Numbered from the stretch's first letter, positions 7,746-17,768 are shown. The stretch: DNA of 29,207 bases from a virus (IMGVR_UViG_3300022178_004108:1-29207), one strand, 5' to 3'. Numbers and translations: made by a program. Notes: generated by a model from the letters alone, not told the origin.

Positions 7746-9176
7746 TTAATAAAGATTGTCTAGTGGACCACCTCCTGTAGAAGAGGCAGTATTATTTTCT
7801 TTTGGTTTTGTAGAGTTACTTATATAGCTGCCATATTGTCCTATGTGATAATTTTGAGCTTTAGTATTCAGATTAGAATTTTTTAAATAAAACTCGTAAA
7901 GATCTTGAGGATCGTCTGTGTTTACTGGTACGGGCAAAGGCGAGGAAGGTTCCTTGTCGTTAAATATATAAATTTGAGAGTCACCGTACTTGTTTGCAAA
8001 ATCAGCGCGGGTTTCATCGCTGTCATCTAATTTGTAGTCATCCCCCCCCTGAAAATCCCGAAGATATAAATCATACATCGTCCCTCTGCTTACATAATTT
8101 CCCCTTTTAGTAGGGTCTATTGCGTTTAACTCTTGTACTAACAATAAAGTTTTATCTTCTCTTAGCTCCGGTTTAACATTTGTGCTATACACTTGCGAAA
8201 ACTCAAAAGCATCCTGAACTGCCGGCATTTCTTCATCTAAAGTTTTTCTGCCACCAGCTCCTCCACCGCTTCCAGAAACCTTAGGTCTGTTATCAATAGC
8301 TCCCTGCGCCGCGGAGTCTTCTAGCACACTCATATAACCATCTAAAACTGCTTGCTTTAATAAAGGTTCATTTTCTTTTTCAAACAAAGAGGGATCCTGC
8401 AAACCCAAGCCTCCTTCGATAACAAAATCATCAGATGCTAAGGATAATAAAGTATCTCTACCTCCGGAGCTTATCATGTTGTTTAGCTTTTGTCTAACCA
8501 TATTCCGTCTAGCACCGGATAATTCTTTTCCTGATTTATAAACTTGCTCATTCATTTGTAATATAGAATTGCCAGCTGTAGTGTCTTTTAAGAAAGGTTT
8601 GTTTATTTCTTCGTATTTTTTGAAATCCTCTTTATTTTCATCCCAAAAATTTAAAGCTCCACCTTCTCCAATCCCAACAAAACCTTCATCTGTATATATT
8701 TTAGAAGCTTCAACAAATGCGCCAGTCTCATTCCCAGCAGATAACATACTATTATCAAAGTCCTTTAAGTAATCAACCTTATCTTGCTTGTATTGATTTA
8801 ATGAATTAGCTAGATTTGTAAAATTCATTTGAACACCATTCATTTTATCTCTAAGCTGCATATAAGCAGGATGAGTAGGCTCTAATTTGGATATTTGCGT
8901 TGCAGCATTTGCATAAGCCATTTTTTGTTCCGTAAGATAATTTGACACAGCTCCTTGCTGCGAAGGGGATAAACTAGTGGCATCTACATTTGAATTTAAA
9001 CTTTCTATGTACGAAGCTGTTTTTGCATTAGCCCTAGCTTTCTCTGCTTTACGACGCATAGATATCTTAGCTCCTGCTGCCAATGAGGCGCTAAGATTTT
9101 CTTGAAAAGCTTGATTCCAAGTTGATCTTTTACTTGCTGCTACTTGGGCAGCTCCTTTTACTAATTGTTGATTCAT
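7746..9176 (-). CDS. Hypothetical protein, probable internal virion/ejection protein
   Basis: 476 aa, helical Ala/Gln/Lys-rich N-terminal half and a Gly linker (SGSGGGAGG). Middle gene of the small-medium-giant trio; function inferred from position only. Confidence 0.55.
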   Translation of the reverse strand: MNQQLVKGAAQVAASKRSTWNQAFQENLSASLAAGAKISMRRKAEKARANAKTASYIESLNSNVDATSLSPSQQGAVSNYLTEQKMAYANAATQISKLEPTHPAYMQLRDKMNGVQMNFTNLANSLNQYKQDKVDYLKDFDNSMLSAGNETGAFVEASKIYTDEGFVGIGEGGALNFWDENKEDFKKYEEINKPFLKDTTAGNSILQMNEQVYKSGKELSGARRNMVRQKLNNMISSGGRDTLLSLASDDFVIEGGLGLQDPSLFEKENEPLLKQAVLDGYMSVLEDSAAQGAIDNRPKVSGSGGGAGGRKTLDEEMPAVQDAFEFSQVYSTNVKPELREDKTLLLVQELNAIDPTKRGNYVSRGTMYDLYLRDFQGGDDYKLDDSDETRADFANKYGDSQIYIFNDKEPSSPLPVPVNTDDPQDLYEFYLKNSNLNTKAQNYHIGQYGSYISNSTKPKENNTASSTGGGPLDNLY

Positions 9177-9189
9177 AGTTTATATTTTA

Positions 9190-9819
9190 TTAAGAACCTA
9201 GGAGTGCACCACCTGGGCTTCCTTGCATACTTGGCATTCCACTCATAGCAGAAGCAACACCACCTACTGTAGAGCCAATCCCGCCAACAATAGCATTTGT
9301 AGCATCTTGTTTTGCTTGATTTGCGGCTGCTGATCTTTGTTGAGCCATCCCCATTAAGGTTGACACTTTATCTTTTTCAGCATCTCTTGAAATTAATTCT
9401 CCTTTTCTTTCATAAAGCTGTAAGTTTCCAGCTTGTTGTCTTTCAGCCATTTGATTAGACTGTTCTTGTCTACCAATATCTGCTGAAGCGCGTCTTAAGT
9501 TTTGAGATTGTTGCCCTGCTAATGATTGAGCTAATGCCGCAATACCAGATCCTCCGGCCGCTCCTTGCATTTGCCCCATTATATTAGAAAGACCTTGCTG
9601 CTCTTGTTCCGCTTGAAATTGCGCAGCTTGCTGGTTAACTGTTAGGTCTTCCATGGTGTTCTCCATGTTTTGATACACATTAGATGTATCTAACATTTCG
9701 TATTGACTTTTACGTTTAGCTAAATCTGCCGCTGCCGCTCTAGCTTCTCTTTTTCTTTTTCCGCTGCCGATTATACCGCTAGCTATACTAGTTAATCCGC
9801 CAACTATTTGTCCTACCAT
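9190..9819 (-). CDS. Probable ejection/DNA-pilot protein (T7 gp14 / P22 gp7-like architecture)
   Basis: 209 aa. Gly-rich hydrophobic N-terminus followed by a basic patch (GQIVGGLTSIASGIIGSGKRKR), a Gln/Ala-rich coiled middle and a Gly-rich hydrophobic C-terminus, typical of podovirus ejection proteins. Confidence 0.65.
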   Translation of the reverse strand: MVGQIVGGLTSIASGIIGSGKRKREARAAAADLAKRKSQYEMLDTSNVYQNMENTMEDLTVNQQAAQFQAEQEQQGLSNIMGQMQGAAGGSGIAALAQSLAGQQSQNLRRASADIGRQEQSNQMAERQQAGNLQLYERKGELISRDAEKDKVSTLMGMAQQRSAAANQAKQDATNAIVGGIGSTVGGVASAMSGMPSMQGSPGGALLGS

Positions 9820-9833
9820 TATATTAAGTTTTA

Positions 9834-9853
9834 TATATTATTATTACATGTTA
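9834..9853 (-). promoter_or_regulatory. Candidate late-promoter motif TAACATGTAATAATAATATA
   Basis: Near-identical to TAACACGTAATTAATAATATA at 29006-29026; both lie just upstream of the first gene of a functional module. Confidence 0.45.
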
Positions 9854-10180
9854 TTTGCTACTCTCAAATATCTCTGACCCTATAGAAAATAATTCCGCAT
9901 AGCTTGTGGAACTATTTCTAAATTGAGCCTCGGCATAGTAGCCTTTAAGTTGTCCTAAATATCCAATAGGATTTTCAGCATAAAAAATAAAATCACTTTG
10001 CGTAGGAGGGGCAACGCCAGCTGGAGCATCTATAACTATACCAACAGGGTTATTTGTTATTGAAATTATTGGGCCCATCTCTACCTCTACATTTGTAGTT
10101 GTATTTAGGTACCAAGCAATATCCCCGACCTGAATTCCCTCAGGCAGGGGATTTGAAAATGTTAAAGGTATATTTGCCAT
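9851..10180 (-). CDS. Small tail-associated protein (resembles a detached C-terminal segment of the nozzle/stabilization protein)
   Basis: 109 aa, beta-rich, ends LKGYYAEAQFRNSSTSYAELFSIGSEIFESSK. Located in the tail module. Confidence 0.55.
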   Translation of the reverse strand: MANIPLTFSNPLPEGIQVGDIAWYLNTTTNVEVEMGPIISITNNPVGIVIDAPAGVAPPTQSDFIFYAENPIGYLGQLKGYYAEAQFRNSSTSYAELFSIGSEIFESSK

Positions 10181-10189
10181 ATTTTTATT

Positions 10190-12253
10190 TTAAGTACAGT
10201 TTCCGTCAGGGCAGCATAGCCTTAAAGCATCCCATCCTGTTCCAGAAGGTCCTGTTATTCTTATTGTTGCATTTGGATTATTAGTATAATCGGCTGCTGT
10301 GTATTGCCACCAAACAACTTGTTGATAGGCGGTTCCACCTACAGTCATACTTGGTATAGTAAATCCTGTGTCATTAAAAAACTCTGAAGTTCTATTTGGA
10401 ATTGTTCCTTTGTCAGAACCTATAAATTGATCTGCGTTTAGCTGAGATGAAGCTGGTATTGCATTTAATGGAGATGTACCAAACGCATTATCAAAAGGTC
10501 CGGCATTTTCAGATGCTACCATACCTGATGTTGCTTTTTTATCATTAGCAAAAGGTAATCCGTGGAATATTTCAAACTTATCGGGTAAACCTTGGCCATT
10601 AACTAAAAACGCTACAAGGCCTCCAGCCGGGTCTAAGCCTAAAGAATAATCTGTTACACCTTCTCCACCGCTAATAGCAGTAGATCCACATGCGAGATTT
10701 GGTACAAAATTAAATATAGTATCTAAATCAACAATAAACGTAGAATCCGCGTCTCCATAGCCGGTAACATCAAATACTAGTGTTAATGTTCCAGACGAAT
10801 CCGTAGTAGGGGCGTATGAGATATTATTGATAGTAGTAACATTTCCATTATTTCTCCAAAAAGTTATTTTAGCGCCTTCTATTATTGATATAGCTGGAGA
10901 TATAGTTATATTAGTAGAGGAGTTAACAGCTGTCACTTCATACTGGAAAGGAGCAAACCCGCTATCTCCCGGGTTTTCAAAAGCAGTTGTTGGTAAATTA
11001 AATTTATCCCCTATAGCAAGGCCAGTGGTTTCACTCAAATCCAAAGAAGTACTATTTGTAACTGCAGATGTATTAGTGATTGCTAATACTGAGTCCATAT
11101 TTGTAACAATAGTGCTATCTGTAGTATTAGGATATTGTAGTAGCCCATCCGGCGTTGATATATTCCATTCTGCGGTTATTAAATTAGAATCTTCTTCTAA
11201 TCTAGTAAACGCGCTTCTTTCCGTTGTCACGGGAGTGTAGCCTGTTATTCCGTTTGTTGACGAACCTGTAAATGCTATTCTTGGCGACCACGCCGATTGT
11301 TGAATAACTATAGGGTTTGTTGCATTAAAAGGCGTTTCTAAGTCGCCTGACAAAGTAATAGTATATTCTTCACTACAGAATCCATTGCATGAACCATATA
11401 AATTAGGGAATTCTATATTTACAAGATAATTGCCGCAGCATTGCCGGATGACACCGTTGCTTACTAAAGTCCAGGAGTTGCCACGTGTATCTGTCATAAT
11501 AACAGAAAAAACAGCGCCAGGCTGACCAATAATTGGCCAATTAGTAACTATAGTCCCCGTCGCAGGAACTACATTTTTTATTGGCCCATACCCTGTAACC
11601 ACAGGGGTAGGGTTAGTGTAAATTTGCTTAGCTGCAACTTCGGAAATACTTAATCTATCTCCCGCTATACTTTGATTAGGGTAAGTATACCTAACAGCAT
11701 AGGAAATACCTGTTAAATTACCGTCCACATCATAAGTAGGCCCTTGAACTATATTATAGTTAGACGCATTACCTTCAACTACTTGAAGTCCAGTTGAGGT
11801 TAAATAGTACCCTGAGGCAGCTGTATAACTTCTTGTAAGTAGTAATTCAGCTTCCCCTACTAATCCAGAGTTAGCGTAGGGGGTGTTAGACTCGCTAACA
11901 TCTCCAGTTATATTAGCCCCTATGTCAGCAGATATTGTTCCGCTTATAGTTATCTCACCAACTTCACCTTCACCTACGACGCATAGAGGTATTGTGTAAT
12001 TACCAGAAGGCATAACAAATCCTGTGTCAAAAGTTACAGTGCAAAGTACGTTTAAACCGTCTTGAGTAAAAACCACAGATTGTACCGCGTTATCAGAAAA
12101 GCTAGGATCTAGCGAAAAGCCTGCTGCGGTTGCTGTATACCCAGGGTTTGGAACAATTGTTATTTGTGCCGTAGGATATAATATAGAAACATTATCCCCT
12201 TCTGGTATAGTATACTGTATATTTGTAAATGTATAATTATTAAAACTTGGCAT
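10190..12253 (-). CDS. Tail fibre/appendage-like structural protein with Ig-like beta repeats
   Basis: 687 aa, very Thr/Ser/Gly/Asn-rich and Lys-poor, with recurring motifs (PNPGY, AASGYY). Its C-terminal domain is homologous to the partial gene at 29042-29206. Confidence 0.65.
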   Translation of the reverse strand: MPSFNNYTFTNIQYTIPEGDNVSILYPTAQITIVPNPGYTATAAGFSLDPSFSDNAVQSVVFTQDGLNVLCTVTFDTGFVMPSGNYTIPLCVVGEGEVGEITISGTISADIGANITGDVSESNTPYANSGLVGEAELLLTRSYTAASGYYLTSTGLQVVEGNASNYNIVQGPTYDVDGNLTGISYAVRYTYPNQSIAGDRLSISEVAAKQIYTNPTPVVTGYGPIKNVVPATGTIVTNWPIIGQPGAVFSVIMTDTRGNSWTLVSNGVIRQCCGNYLVNIEFPNLYGSCNGFCSEEYTITLSGDLETPFNATNPIVIQQSAWSPRIAFTGSSTNGITGYTPVTTERSAFTRLEEDSNLITAEWNISTPDGLLQYPNTTDSTIVTNMDSVLAITNTSAVTNSTSLDLSETTGLAIGDKFNLPTTAFENPGDSGFAPFQYEVTAVNSSTNITISPAISIIEGAKITFWRNNGNVTTINNISYAPTTDSSGTLTLVFDVTGYGDADSTFIVDLDTIFNFVPNLACGSTAISGGEGVTDYSLGLDPAGGLVAFLVNGQGLPDKFEIFHGLPFANDKKATSGMVASENAGPFDNAFGTSPLNAIPASSQLNADQFIGSDKGTIPNRTSEFFNDTGFTIPSMTVGGTAYQQVVWWQYTAADYTNNPNATIRITGPSGTGWDALRLCCPDGNCT

Positions 12254-12269
12254 ATTTTTTTATTTTATT

Positions 12270-13125
12270 TTAAGGCAGTGGACAATCAGTTAAAGTATTA
12301 TATTGAGTTATAGATTCAACTACTCCGTTGCTATTTACAATTACTATTTCGTAAGAGTCTGGGGCAGATACGCCATTATCTCGTATAAAAACGTCATTAT
12401 CTAAAGCATTTGCCGCTGGTGGTCTTACTAATAAGTGAGCTCCAGAGCTATTAAGAGGTAGCGAAAGGTCATCCCGATCATAAAGTTGCGTGCCTACACT
12501 AAAGCCAATATTGCTATAAAAATAAAATCCTATTCCGCCTTGGGAGCCTCCCGTTGAAGTTTCATCAACAGTTAGCTGATATAAAGCCTCAAGCGCGCAC
12601 TTACTATCTAAAGCGTTGGAATAATTAGTTAAGGTCTCTACATGCGATCCCGTTTCTTCTGTTATAACTTGGAAATTAGTCCACATAGCCCAATAAGTAT
12701 CTGGCGTTGTTGGCGAGCATACTGTAAGAGAACTATATGGCACAACAGAATCAATAATACCATCCGATCCCCATATAACTATAAAATACGTATTAGGCAC
12801 TATAGTTGGGTTATTAGGATCTAAAGAGGGACTGTCTGGAGCAATTCCAATTGGCGGAGGTTTTATCCATAAATAAGCGCCTGCTTCAGTTATAGGCTGC
12901 AAAGTATCTTTATCATACATTTGAGTCCCTACAGATATTCCATCTGAAAACACATACTTAAATTGATTGCGATATATTGAGACGTTACTATAGAAGCCCT
13001 CTATAGCAGTGTAAAAATCATCTATAATACATTTAGCGTTTTGGGCCGTGGTTTCATTTATTATTGAAGATGTTTTTACCTTAGCATTCCACTGATACCA
13101 ACCTTCAAAATCAGTGTCTGGGGTT
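12270..13125 (-). repeat. Two diverged tandem ~140-aa domains at the C-terminus of the nozzle protein
   Basis: Copy 1: TPDT..W..AKC..Y..GISVGTQMYDKD..GAYL..PP..PNTYFIVI..GIIDSV..YSSLTVC. Copy 2: TPDT..W..SKC..Y..GFSVGTQLYDRD..GAHL..PP..PDSYEIVI..GVVESI..YNTLTDC. Confidence 0.85.
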
Positions 13126-16100
13126 GGAGAACCAGAGCTGCTACATGCTTCGTCAATGGTAACCGTTAATAAATAATCCTGGGGTGTTTCTTCTCCGCAA
13201 TCTAAACATGGTCCAATACCACTTCCATTTGGTTCGCATCCAATCAAAGTTCCTTTTATGTAATTAAAGTACTTACCTTCTTTCTTTTGAAATTCTTTAA
13301 TTTCGCCAGCTTCAAGATCTGTTCTAATAAAGCTAGTATACCAACCGTGCTTTTTAATTTGTGAACCTATAGGTATTATTTGATTAGCATTAACCTCAGC
13401 AATAGAATACCACTTTTGGTTTGGTCCTTCGTATTCAATAACCCTAGAAGCTGTGCCTGTATAATTTAAAGTGCTAAAACCTTTTACAACTTGAGGCATT
13501 TCGTTTATTAAAACATTAAACGAACTATCATATTGAACGCCATAAAAATTATTGTAAATAGAATTTGCTCCGTGCAACCATATAAGACCAGATTTAAAAG
13601 TATAATATAGATTGTTTAAAGTTATACCTGACTCTTGGATAAAACTTTTTCTGCTTGTCCAGCCGTCAATACTTTCTTTAAATGACAATGTTGTACTAGG
13701 TACTAAACTATCAGGAGCGTCTTCGCAATCTGGATCTAATTGGTAGTTAGCATCAAGGCTTAATCTTTTTTGCCAATAGTTAGACAAGTTGTTTAATGTA
13801 AGGTTGTATATATCCTTGTCATCATCATAACTACCTATAGCTGTAGTTGACGTTCTTAAGTTGTCAGCAAAAAAGCTTGACATACCTTTTTCAGCAATAT
13901 TAGTAATCCCATCTCTGGACAATCTTATTACCGCTCCTCTGTTTTTGTCTGTAAAGTAAACTCTAAATCCATAAGATGCAAAAGACTCGGGATTTTTAGA
14001 TATGCCAAATTCACCAGCATAGGGTATAGCTTGGCCTAAAACAGCATTATTACCGGTTAAATTAACATTGCCATCAGCATTATATAAAGCATCTTTATTA
14101 GCTAGTACACGTAAACATTTGTCTTCACATAAAGATATTAAATCAGTGTCTCTAGCGTGTAGCTTTTGTATTGTTCCGTATATAGGGTTAAGGTCTTTTG
14201 TAATTGGCTCTGCTTGTATAAACTGATTTAATCTATTTATACCCGATGTAGAGTTATATATTTGTGAAAATATAAACCCGCTGCCTCTTCGTTCAGCCGC
14301 ATATGGCTCATCTAATACAGTAGACACCTTAGGTCCCTTGTCTATAGTAACAGCGTTGTAGTCGTCTCTAATTCTATTTGACTCAACTCCATTACCATAA
14401 GAATAACAATTAAACCAATTTATTAGTTGGTTTGGAGTATTATAATTTGCAATCGGGATTGCGTTACTTGCTTCGTAAAACAAGTTTAAATCAACAGATT
14501 CTTTAGGTTCTGTTTCAAATATAGCTGGGTTTGAAGAAGATAAAAGCTTGTTGTTATCGCTGGTTATTGGCTCAACTACCTGTATACTAGGTAAAACATC
14601 TTGAAGATGAGCCCAGTCTCCTACATTTGGCATTAAAGGCTCGTTTAATTGTTCCTTAAGGGTAACCGTGCAGCCATACCTATAGTTCCACTGAGCGTTT
14701 CGGTCCCTACATACAAAATACGGGAGCTGAAAAAGCTTAAATATTTCTTTTCCAAATTCCGCTCCTCTAAACGTAGCTCTACCTATAGATTGGTCTACCG
14801 TGTATATATTAGAATAAGACCCGTCTTTAAATTTAAACCTAATTTTAGCCCCTGGAGCTATATAGCCATTAAGAGGTGTGCGACTTCCCCACATATCAGT
14901 CGACGATCCCACCATACCGTCTATAATGGTATTTAGTGGAGCGTTTAAATATTGAAAGCCAAAAACATTAGAGCCATTAGTAGGAGGCTGATAGCCGTCA
15001 TCAATATACGACTGCACGCCAGAACCAGCGCCTCCCCATCCGCCAACACCTTGTAAGTATCTTCCGCCGGCATTTCCATTACAAAATATCTGAAGAGCAT
15101 CTTCTTTTACGTGATTGCTTCCGCCGTCACCATAGTAATAGCCGTTTACACCGCCAATTTCATCATTTCTTGGATGCAAAGCTCTTGTAAAATCTATTTC
15201 GTCTTTAACAGCATATTGCGTTTTTAAAGCTTTAAAAGAAGATATAATATTTGTATCAAAACCAAAGTTTCTATTTATTTTTGCAAAGAATCTTCCTTCA
15301 AATTCTGGTAAATTTTTAGTTTCTTCTTCGTAAATCTCTATAACCACATCAGTTGTGCCGTCTGGTATTACTGGTGTATCAGCTCCTAAGGCTCGCTCAA
15401 GTCTTATAGTATAAGTTGTACCGTTTGTGCCGCTAATTTCAGCAGATTGCACCTCATATTTTTGAGTGCTCTGCCCTAAGTAATTTATTGCTATTTTAGC
15501 AGAGGAGTTTAATTTTTCTCTAAAACTAGAATTTGTATTATTGTCAGGGCCTGTAAATTTAATTTGTAAAAAACCGGGTTCTATTTCATTAAGTAGTGTA
15601 ACAGAAGAGGATGCTACAAAAGCATCAAATCTTGATATAAACTCTGGAGCCTCATTTGCTATAGATAATATTTTGTATCTATTTTCAGATGTTACAGCAA
15701 CGTCATTATCGTGCTGTTTCTTTAATATTAAATACGTTTCTTCGTCAACTTTATTTCTTTCAGAAGAAGGAAAAGATAGCCAAACATTACCATCTTCCGC
15801 TAAATAAAATCTGTCTAAAGCTAAGTTATAATATTCATTTGCTGTTTCCTTTATAAAAAACTTGTAATGGGTTGCTTCAGGGAAAGGCGGTTGTGATATA
15901 GGTGTTGCTTGTAGCTGAGTTACAGAAGAGGCTTCATTTGCATCTATCTGCAATCCAGCTTCTTCACTTGTAAATATAGGCGTTTCTCTTCCGTATTGAT
16001 CTTTAAATAACACCCCTAGCTGGTAGGTTCGTATAGATTTTAAAGACTTGTAAGGCATTCTTATATTTGGGTTTGGAGTCCCAACCTCAGTAGCGGGATC

Positions 16101-17768
16101 AATTTCAGAAGGCAGCGTTCCTGGGTGAACATTAGAAAATAATGTTAAGCCAAGCTTAACTGTATTATTTAAAGTATAGTTTTGTAAATAGTTTCCATAA
16201 ACTATTCTGTTGCCAATTATTTCTTGAGCTTTAGCTTTACGTGGAACGTTATCCCACGGCCTTAATATTTGGTTTGATTCAACTAATTTTGTAATTAGTT
16301 CAGTTTTAACATCATAATAAGTAGGTAATGATGTTAACGTATATGGTGTATAATCTCGCAGTTTTAAAGTATCTACAACATATACAGCTGTACTATTTGA
16401 TTCTTTATACAATATATCCAGCTCGTCGACTTCTTTTGAACCCCATTGCAAAGACTCTATCGCAAGTTTTCTAATATTATTAGTCATGCCTACATTATAT
16501 CCATTAGAAGAAACGTATTCAAATTCATTTCCAATAAAAGCAACTTCTGAGAATGGAGAAAAGCAAGAATATTCGCCGTCAATATATTTCCATCGGTATG
16601 CAAAACGGGGGAACACGTACTCAAACATAGGGTCTTTCTCTTGCAAGGTAGCCTCCCATTGTAAAGGAGTGCTAACTCCTTCAGCATCTATGTTTCTAAT
16701 TATATCCGTAGATATAGCTTGTATTTGGCCTGTTATTTCTGTGTTGTTTATTTGCGTTATTTTTATTTGCAACGCATAATTTTCAATTTGACCAAATTGA
16801 TTATTAAATTCTGCTTTAAGTGTTATTATATCATTATCTTCAGTGTTCCAAACAGTGACTAGTTGATCTGTAATAAAAGTAACCAAACCATTCCAACCAT
16901 ACGTAGAGTCATAATTTGGGTTATTAACGGGGTCATTAAAAGAGCTATCTAAATAATCGCCTCCAGATTCTATTTGTTCTAAATATTCACCATATGTAGG
17001 ATAAGAAGCAAATCGTTCTGGGAAAGATGTTAAATTTGGAGTGTAAGTGAAATTATGTAAATCAATATAATTAAATGTAGTTGTTGCTGGAGTATTACCA
17101 GTTCCAATAATATCATTGCCAAATTTAGAATCTGCCGCGGTAAAAGTAGGTGCGTTTAATGGAGATAATTTAATAACAGTAATATCTGTTTCAACAAAAT
17201 CGGGTTGGCCTGATAAGTTTGTATTGTAATTATTTTGATTGGCATCCCACTTAGGAATTTTAGTTTGAGTAACAAAATCAGTAGAACCTGTTTTAAACTT
17301 TTCAATGTTAATTTTCTTTGGCTCTGTTTGGTCGTCTGTCCAAAATAAAAACTTGTCAAGTATATTTATACCTGTAATTAAATAATCAGTTGAAAAATTT
17401 AAGATACCCGCGTTGTCCACTAATACTGGGCTAACCTCATTTTTTGTTTGGTCATATTCCGCAATCGCGCTAATGCCATCACTTGCTATGAACCAATATA
17501 TTCTTTCGTTTATATCATCTCTATAAGATCCAATACAAACAGGGTTTGTCATAGCGTCTATATAGCCACCTGTCCAAGTAGCACCTGTTCCAACCTTTGA
17601 ACGTAGTTGAATTGTGCCGGCAATATTCTGCATAGCTCCAACATCACTTGCGTCGGAGTTTGCTAAATCTAAGTTTAAAGCGTCTCTATATTCTCCATTC
17701 GGAACTAAACGTTCGTCAAGGTCTTTGTTCATTCTCCCCGCTTGGAAAACATGCACAAACTCTGCCAT
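12270..17768 (-). CDS. Tail stabilization/nozzle protein (functional analogue of P22 gp10 and the crAss Tstab/muzzle) with variable inserts
   Basis: 1832 aa. N-terminal GRMNKDLDERLVPNGEYRDALN, plus LFWTD, RFAYRWKY, GNRIVYGNY, YAGEFGISKNPESFASYG and YFTDKNRGAVIRLS, recalled as conserved in beta-propeller nozzle proteins of Bacteroidota podoviruses. It follows the two neck genes. Confidence 0.75.
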   Translation of the reverse strand: MAEFVHVFQAGRMNKDLDERLVPNGEYRDALNLDLANSDASDVGAMQNIAGTIQLRSKVGTGATWTGGYIDAMTNPVCIGSYRDDINERIYWFIASDGISAIAEYDQTKNEVSPVLVDNAGILNFSTDYLITGINILDKFLFWTDDQTEPKKINIEKFKTGSTDFVTQTKIPKWDANQNNYNTNLSGQPDFVETDITVIKLSPLNAPTFTAADSKFGNDIIGTGNTPATTTFNYIDLHNFTYTPNLTSFPERFASYPTYGEYLEQIESGGDYLDSSFNDPVNNPNYDSTYGWNGLVTFITDQLVTVWNTEDNDIITLKAEFNNQFGQIENYALQIKITQINNTEITGQIQAISTDIIRNIDAEGVSTPLQWEATLQEKDPMFEYVFPRFAYRWKYIDGEYSCFSPFSEVAFIGNEFEYVSSNGYNVGMTNNIRKLAIESLQWGSKEVDELDILYKESNSTAVYVVDTLKLRDYTPYTLTSLPTYYDVKTELITKLVESNQILRPWDNVPRKAKAQEIIGNRIVYGNYLQNYTLNNTVKLGLTLFSNVHPGTLPSEIDPATEVGTPNPNIRMPYKSLKSIRTYQLGVLFKDQYGRETPIFTSEEAGLQIDANEASSVTQLQATPISQPPFPEATHYKFFIKETANEYYNLALDRFYLAEDGNVWLSFPSSERNKVDEETYLILKKQHDNDVAVTSENRYKILSIANEAPEFISRFDAFVASSSVTLLNEIEPGFLQIKFTGPDNNTNSSFREKLNSSAKIAINYLGQSTQKYEVQSAEISGTNGTTYTIRLERALGADTPVIPDGTTDVVIEIYEEETKNLPEFEGRFFAKINRNFGFDTNIISSFKALKTQYAVKDEIDFTRALHPRNDEIGGVNGYYYGDGGSNHVKEDALQIFCNGNAGGRYLQGVGGWGGAGSGVQSYIDDGYQPPTNGSNVFGFQYLNAPLNTIIDGMVGSSTDMWGSRTPLNGYIAPGAKIRFKFKDGSYSNIYTVDQSIGRATFRGAEFGKEIFKLFQLPYFVCRDRNAQWNYRYGCTVTLKEQLNEPLMPNVGDWAHLQDVLPSIQVVEPITSDNNKLLSSSNPAIFETEPKESVDLNLFYEASNAIPIANYNTPNQLINWFNCYSYGNGVESNRIRDDYNAVTIDKGPKVSTVLDEPYAAERRGSGFIFSQIYNSTSGINRLNQFIQAEPITKDLNPIYGTIQKLHARDTDLISLCEDKCLRVLANKDALYNADGNVNLTGNNAVLGQAIPYAGEFGISKNPESFASYGFRVYFTDKNRGAVIRLSRDGITNIAEKGMSSFFADNLRTSTTAIGSYDDDKDIYNLTLNNLSNYWQKRLSLDANYQLDPDCEDAPDSLVPSTTLSFKESIDGWTSRKSFIQESGITLNNLYYTFKSGLIWLHGANSIYNNFYGVQYDSSFNVLINEMPQVVKGFSTLNYTGTASRVIEYEGPNQKWYSIAEVNANQIIPIGSQIKKHGWYTSFIRTDLEAGEIKEFQKKEGKYFNYIKGTLIGCEPNGSGIGPCLDCGEETPQDYLLTVTIDEACSSSGSPTPDTDFEGWYQWNAKVKTSSIINETTAQNAKCIIDDFYTAIEGFYSNVSIYRNQFKYVFSDGISVGTQMYDKDTLQPITEAGAYLWIKPPPIGIAPDSPSLDPNNPTIVPNTYFIVIWGSDGIIDSVVPYSSLTVCSPTTPDTYWAMWTNFQVITEETGSHVETLTNYSNALDSKCALEALYQLTVDETSTGGSQGGIGFYFYSNIGFSVGTQLYDRDDLSLPLNSSGAHLLVRPPAANALDNDVFIRDNGVSAPDSYEIVIVNSNGVVESITQYNTLTDCPLP

